From positions 1 through 32,433 of the forward strand of contig JAWOCD010000091.1 of assembly GCA_046483985.1 (NCBI GenBank): DNA of 32,433 nucleotides, read 5' to 3'. Shown here piece by piece: positions 28,195 through 32,433 of this stretch. The notes under the pieces were generated by a model. It saw only the letters and a list, made by a program, of their open reading frames with translations, was not told where the DNA came from and ran no database searches. This stretch comes from Promethearchaeia archaeon (GTDB lineage: Archaea > Asgardarchaeota > Lokiarchaeia > Sigyniarchaeales > SOKP01). The position numbers and the translations under genes are program-made. Each line of letters starts with the position of its first letter. Position 1 is the stretch's first letter.

Positions 28195-28882
28195 TTATGC
28201 TGTTTTCTCTTGAATAATAGTTTTCCCTTTCTCCAGTCCAAGGTGGAGCGCTTTTATGTTGAGATCTACGTCTCGAAGCCATTCTTTAATAACTTCTTCA
28301 TAATGTTCAATTTCTATGAACGGTAATTTTCCAGTTGCGATTGCAAACCCCAGCATGATGATGTTTACTTGCTGATTCTTATTAAATTCATCTAACGCAA
28401 TATCAGTCGCATTCATAAAATAGACCTCATCGGTATAACCCTTCAAAGTGCTTTCAATTTTCTCTAAGGAGGGATATTCCTCTAAATTAGCGCTGATCAT
28501 AACTCCAGGAATCGTTCGAGAGTTTACCACAAACGTAGTTTTTTCCGAGGCGAAAATGCCGCGACGCAGCGCCTCTGAGGGTTCAAAACAAATATAAAGA
28601 TCCGCGTCACCATAACAGATTAAGGGAGATTGTAGATTTTTTCTAGGATCCGAGAAAGGGTCTCTTTGATACCGAGTATGACTGGTAATGGCTCCCTCGC
28701 GTTGAGCAAGCCCGTGCATTAAGCGCTCATGCTTTAAATAAGCATTAAGATTCGCTTCCAAGGATTGTCTCAACGCTACTTTTTTGGGCAGCAAACTCGA
28801 TTAATCGTTTTAAGGTTATCACTCCTTGTCCCGCAGTTCCAGCAATAACAATATTAATAATATCTGTTTCTTTAAAGCCCAT
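28195..28882 (-). CDS. iorB: Indolepyruvate:ferredoxin oxidoreductase beta subunit, split into exon 1 (28882-28751) and exon 2 (28719-28195); 218 aa when joined
   Basis: Exon 1 gives MGFKETDIINIVIAGTAGQGVITLKRLIEFAAQKSSVETILGSE. Exon 2 gives MHGLAQREGAITSHTRY...ADL..FEPSEALR...NIIMLG. Joined, they form the IorB motifs G..GQG and SE-x-HG-x-AQR-x-G. The gene lies downstream of iorA. Confidence 0.92.
28720..28750 (-). other. Putative 31-nt bulge-helix-bulge (BHB) mRNA intron in iorB
   Basis: mRNA: GGA-AGCG-AA^U-CUUAAUGCUU-AUUUA-AAGCAUGAG-CGCU-UA^A-UGCAC. A 4-bp helix AGCG/CGCU is flanked by 3-nt bulges AAU and UAA. Cuts after the second nucleotide of each bulge restore GAA|AUG (E|M). Confidence 0.85.
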
Positions 28883-29174
28883 ATATTTAACAATATTTCT
28901 TTCTATTAAAAATTTTCAATTTTAGGTCTCAAACTATAAACTGAATAATTTTAGCTAACTTATAACCACTTCTTAGAGAATAATGGTTTATAAGTGCCTC
29001 TAATTCATTTTTTGAAATTGGAAATTTAATTCCAGTCTCTCTGATATGTAACTTGCTTTGTCGGTAAATTCTTATCATAATCTTCCAAAGCTCGTTAAAT
29101 AAACCCGCTCCTAAAGATAAGTAATAACCATTAATTTCTCCTTTTTCCCTATGAGCCTTTTTAGAAAATAGAGG

Positions 29175-31136
29175 CTATATCTCTCGAAAAGGGACTGCTT
29201 GGTCAAGAGCGTTAATGGTAGATTTATGAATTGCGGAATTTGGACAAGCTTCGTAACAGACCCCACATCTGACGCACCTATCTTGATCGATTTTCATTGT
29301 TTCTTCCCCGTCCACGACGGTTCGCCTGATAGCCGGACAGCTCAGAATGCGAGCACATTCATAACACATCTGGCATCCAGATATGTAATAAATATTCTCT
29401 TGAACCTTTTTTTCTTGTTCCATCAATTTCCGTTTCTGAGACATCCTCCACCGGTGGGCTTGGAGCGCACATTCTCTCTTTATAATTATTACCTTTAATC
29501 CCTTTTTACTTAACGCTTGATCAATCATCTTGGTTAAGTTTCGTGGATTATAGGAATCACCCACCCGTAACCAAGGGACTCCGATTGCCTTGCAAATCTT
29601 TTCGATAGAAAATCCTTTTTCAGTTAAATGGCGGAGTACATCGTCTTGATGACCCGTCATCGCGGTCCAAGAATTCTGGAAGATAATCAACAAAACATTA
29701 GAATCGTATCCTACCGCTTCTGCTAAGGGAGGGATCCCCGTATGAAAAAACGTAGAATCTCCGATCATCGCCAAGATTTTCTGATCGGCCTTTTCCGACA
29801 TTCCAATCGCGGCGCTTATCCCTCCGGACATGCAGATCACTAAATCACTGCATTCTTGCGGGGGAAAAAAGGACATAACATAGCACCCGATATCTCCGCA
29901 AACTACCGTATTTTCTAACCGGTTCGTCGCCTTTAAAATGGAATAGAGTGTTGCGCGTTCGGGACAGCCGGCACAGAAGGTCGGAAATCTGCTGGGAATA
30001 ATATCCTCATAGGAATCAAAATAGTCAATAGCTTGCATCATTTCTTTATTTGGCGGTTTATTGAATATTTTTGCCAAATTTTCTGCAACGAGTCCTGTCG
30101 AATATTCGTTATATTTTGGAAAATATTCTTGCCCGAGTATTTCAATATCAAGGTTATGATCTTGGGCAATTTCGGCTACCTTCACCTCCAAAAATGGTTC
30201 CAGTTCTTCTATGATGATTACCCGTTTCAAGTTTTCTAAAAATCCGATGATTTCACCTTCATTCAAGGGATATATCATCCCCAGTTTTAAAATGGGTACA
30301 TCCTCTAACTCTAATTGATTTAATGCTTCCATAGTATATCCAAAAGGCATACCACTGGTAATTATTCCCGTTTTATTCGTTCCTTCATACACTTTATTAA
30401 TATTTAGATTGGGAATCTCCTCGCTAAGTCTATCGATTCTCTCATATAATCGTTTATGGTTATTTATGGCATGCGGGGGAAGACTGTTGAATTTAGGAAT
30501 ATTCCTTTCAAATTCCCCATGCGGCTTTCCTTTTTGGAGAGGTTCCAAATTAACAAAACCCCTCGAATGTGCACTTCTAGTGGTAGTCCTTATCTCCATG
30601 ACGAGATCATGTTTCTCCGAAAGTTCAAATGCCAGTTTGGTGAAATCCTTACATTCTTGAGGAGTATGGGGTTCTAAACAAGGAAGATGGAGCATCCATG
30701 TATAAAAGCGATCATTCTGTTCTTGATGGGAGCCTAAACTTCCAGGATCTCCTCCCACTAAAATGACCATAGCGCCCGGATTAGGTCCATTTAATGCGAT
30801 AACGCTAAGCGGATCACTTGCAACATTTAACCCCACATGTTTCATAGGATTAAAACTTCTCACTCCTGTCCATGCCGCTCCAGCAGAAGCAGACGTTGCG
30901 ACCGCTTCATTTACCGCCCATTGATGGGTTAAATATTTTTTTAATTCTGGTTTCTGGTCCAATACTTGGTGGAAATATTCGCCAATATCAGAAGTGGGCG
31001 TGCCAGGATATTGTGAAACATAGGATACCCCAGATTCTAATGCACCTCTCACCACCGCTTCATTTCCAAGCATTAAAACTTTTCCTTCTTCTCGTATAAA
31101 TCGAGTATCTTTCTTTGGCAAATTTCTCACTATCAC
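29175..31136 (-). CDS. iorA: Indolepyruvate:ferredoxin oxidoreductase alpha subunit
   Basis: LMLGNEAVVRG, YPGTPTS, MKHVGLNVASD, FCAGCP, GDIGCY, IGDSTFFHTG, and two C-terminal ferredoxin motifs. Confidence 0.96.
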   Translation of the reverse strand: MIVRNLPKKDTRFIREEGKVLMLGNEAVVRGALESGVSYVSQYPGTPTSDIGEYFHQVLDQKPELKKYLTHQWAVNEAVATSASAGAAWTGVRSFNPMKHVGLNVASDPLSVIALNGPNPGAMVILVGGDPGSLGSHQEQNDRFYTWMLHLPCLEPHTPQECKDFTKLAFELSEKHDLVMEIRTTTRSAHSRGFVNLEPLQKGKPHGEFERNIPKFNSLPPHAINNHKRLYERIDRLSEEIPNLNINKVYEGTNKTGIITSGMPFGYTMEALNQLELEDVPILKLGMIYPLNEGEIIGFLENLKRVIIIEELEPFLEVKVAEIAQDHNLDIEILGQEYFPKYNEYSTGLVAENLAKIFNKPPNKEMMQAIDYFDSYEDIIPSRFPTFCAGCPERATLYSILKATNRLENTVVCGDIGCYVMSFFPPQECSDLVICMSGGISAAIGMSEKADQKILAMIGDSTFFHTGIPPLAEAVGYDSNVLLIIFQNSWTAMTGHQDDVLRHLTEKGFSIEKICKAIGVPWLRVGDSYNPRNLTKMIDQALSKKGLKVIIIKRECALQAHRWRMSQKRKLMEQEKKVQENIYYISGCQMCYECARILSCPAIRRTVVDGEETMKIDQDRCVRCGVCYEACPNSAIHKSTINALDQAVPFREI

Positions 31137-31445
31137 TTGCTAATTTGTATTGATTAAAGAACATTTATTTCTTTCAATATTGAAAAAAATTAATATAATT
31201 TGAAATTAAGGATTGTATTTTTTATTTTTGTTTGATGAAATAAAGCCAGTTCCTTAAAATCTTCAACATTAAAGTGATGCCGAGCCCAATTTTATGAATA
31301 AAAAGCATTCTTGATCTGTATTATTGGTCATTTCCATATGGATGAAACTCTAAATTAGTGAAGAAAAAGCTAAGGTATTGGGTTCTGAAGGATGATTGAA
31401 AATAAGGATAAGGTTAATAATATATAATCCAATATCGTAATAGAT

Positions 31446-32063
31446 ATGACCTCTTTTATCAGTCACGCGGGAATAGGGTTGCTCTGTGGGGAATTGATTT
31501 TACGGACAATTAGCGATAAGAATCATTTCAGAAAGGAAAAGCGTCCTTTATTTTGGTGGGCGGGATCTCTTGGTGGTTTACTTCCAGATCTTGATGTCAT
31601 CCCAGCAATAATTACCAGTGAGCATTATTATGCTTATCATCATATTTATACACACACCTTCTTAGCATTAGGGTTTATTGCGTTGATATTAATAGCCAGC
31701 AAGTTCAATTCGTTTTTCCTCGCCTTCTCTGTTGGTTATGGGGTTCATTTATTCACCGATTTCATAGATAACTCCATCTCTCCGTTAGGGCCTTTTGTTC
31801 CCGAAATTCAATGGGGGTTAATTGCGGGGTGGTCCAAAATCCCTGGTGGTGGATGGGAATCTGAATTCTGGCTCCAACCAGGTTATACGTTTGATAATGA
31901 TCTTTGGAGCATCTTCATGAAGAACGGCTGGGGGATGGACTTCGGAATTGAATTCTTAACTTACTATGATATAGCGATTATGATGATAAGCATCCCCTTG
32001 ATTGTGGGCATGATCTACTTGACCATTAAGAAATTTTTTCCCTACAAAAGGAATTCCTCTTGA
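31446..32063 (+). CDS. YdjM/DUF457-like membrane-bound metal-dependent hydrolase
   Basis: SH, LLPDLD, HH.YTHT and HLFTD motifs with hydrophobic segments. Confidence 0.85.
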   Translation: MTSFISHAGIGLLCGELILRTISDKNHFRKEKRPLFWWAGSLGGLLPDLDVIPAIITSEHYYAYHHIYTHTFLALGFIALILIASKFNSFFLAFSVGYGVHLFTDFIDNSISPLGPFVPEIQWGLIAGWSKIPGGGWESEFWLQPGYTFDNDLWSIFMKNGWGMDFGIEFLTYYDIAIMMISIPLIVGMIYLTIKKFFPYKRNSS

Positions 32064-32217
32064 TAATCTCCCGTTCTTTCAATAATTTCTAAAAAAACCT
32101 TTTTACCTTTTTATTTTTCTCCTTTCTCTCTCCTAATTCAGAAAATTAATCGTATGAAAGATTTAATAATTTTTGAATTCTTTTTATATTTAACTCAGTA
32201 AATAGTGCATAGGAAAA

Positions 32218-32433
32218 ATGAATCTATTCTTCTTACCCGTGCCGTTGTTTTGCTTCATTTTAGCCTTATTTATGTATTTACATTTATACAGGACATGGAG
32301 CTCCGAGGAAAAGGACAAATGGCAAAAATTTAATGAATTCATATATGCCACTCTAACCATGATTTTTGGAATTATATATCCATTTATTTTGTGGAAATTA
32401 GGACAGAAATATGAGGGCATCTTCTTTGAAAGC
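32218..32433 (+). CDS. Membrane protein, 5' part only (runs off the window edge)
   Basis: ATG at 32218 preceded by AGGA. The frame MNLFFLPVPLFCFILALFMYLHLYRTW...IYATLTMIFGIIYPFILWKLG stays open to the window end and has two TM-like segments. Confidence 0.7.
   Translation, partial: MNLFFLPVPLFCFILALFMYLHLYRTWSSEEKDKWQKFNEFIYATLTMIFGIIYPFILWKLGQKYEGIFFES

Noticed and set aside
28716-28750. iorB break explained as a single-base frameshift, ribosomal slippage or a simple 26-bp duplication
   Set aside because: A 1-nt shift would leave about 10 extra residues inside the conserved SE-x-HG motif. Collapsing the 8-bp direct repeat (26 nt) still leaves GAA TCT TAA. Excision of the 31 nt defined by the BHB restores the motif exactly.
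28720-28794. ORF-track N-terminus of iorB (TTG start, MLPKKVALRQSLEANLNAYLKHERL)
   Set aside because: It is not IorB-like. The real N-terminus with G-x-x-GQG lies in another frame, starting at ATG 28882.
29199-31099. Plus-strand ORFs inside iorA
   Set aside because: Antisense shadows.
32190-32420. 76-aa minus-strand ORF
   Set aside because: The opposite strand has a more plausible membrane-protein ORF from 32218 running off the window edge.

Overview
Low-GC archaeal chromosomal window, most consistent with an Asgard (Lokiarchaeia-like) archaeon. That assignment is an inference from archaeal aEF-1beta, a COG2888-type Zn-ribbon gene, a gelsolin-like domain protein and bacterial-type MutS/MutL. 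From left to right: an internally deleted IS200/IS605 (tnpB) element, a 2169-aa single-pass protein built of tandem LEA_2-like modules, a HEAT/coiled-coil/wHTH protein, a gelsolin-domain plus 4-TM protein, a porGDAB operon, an enoyl-CoA hydratase, a second tnpB scar, a ThiF/E1-like protein, a 1196-aa unknown protein, a decayed Zn-ribbon/PD-(D/E)xK nuclease, mutS, a nitroreductase, a 7-TM protein, mutL, aEF-1beta, a Zn-ribbon protein, a wHTH protein, iorB/iorA and a YdjM-like hydrolase. The standout finding is in iorB. It is interrupted inside its conserved SE-x-HG-x-AQR motif by a 31-nt insert (28720-28750) that folds with its flanks into a canonical bulge-helix-bulge (BHB) motif. Cutting at the canonical tRNA-splicing-endonuclease positions removes exactly those 31 nt and restores a full-length 218-aa IorB. 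This is a candidate spliced mRNA intron in a metabolic gene of a probable Asgard archaeon. No database searches or folding programs were run; all calls are from reading the sequence.
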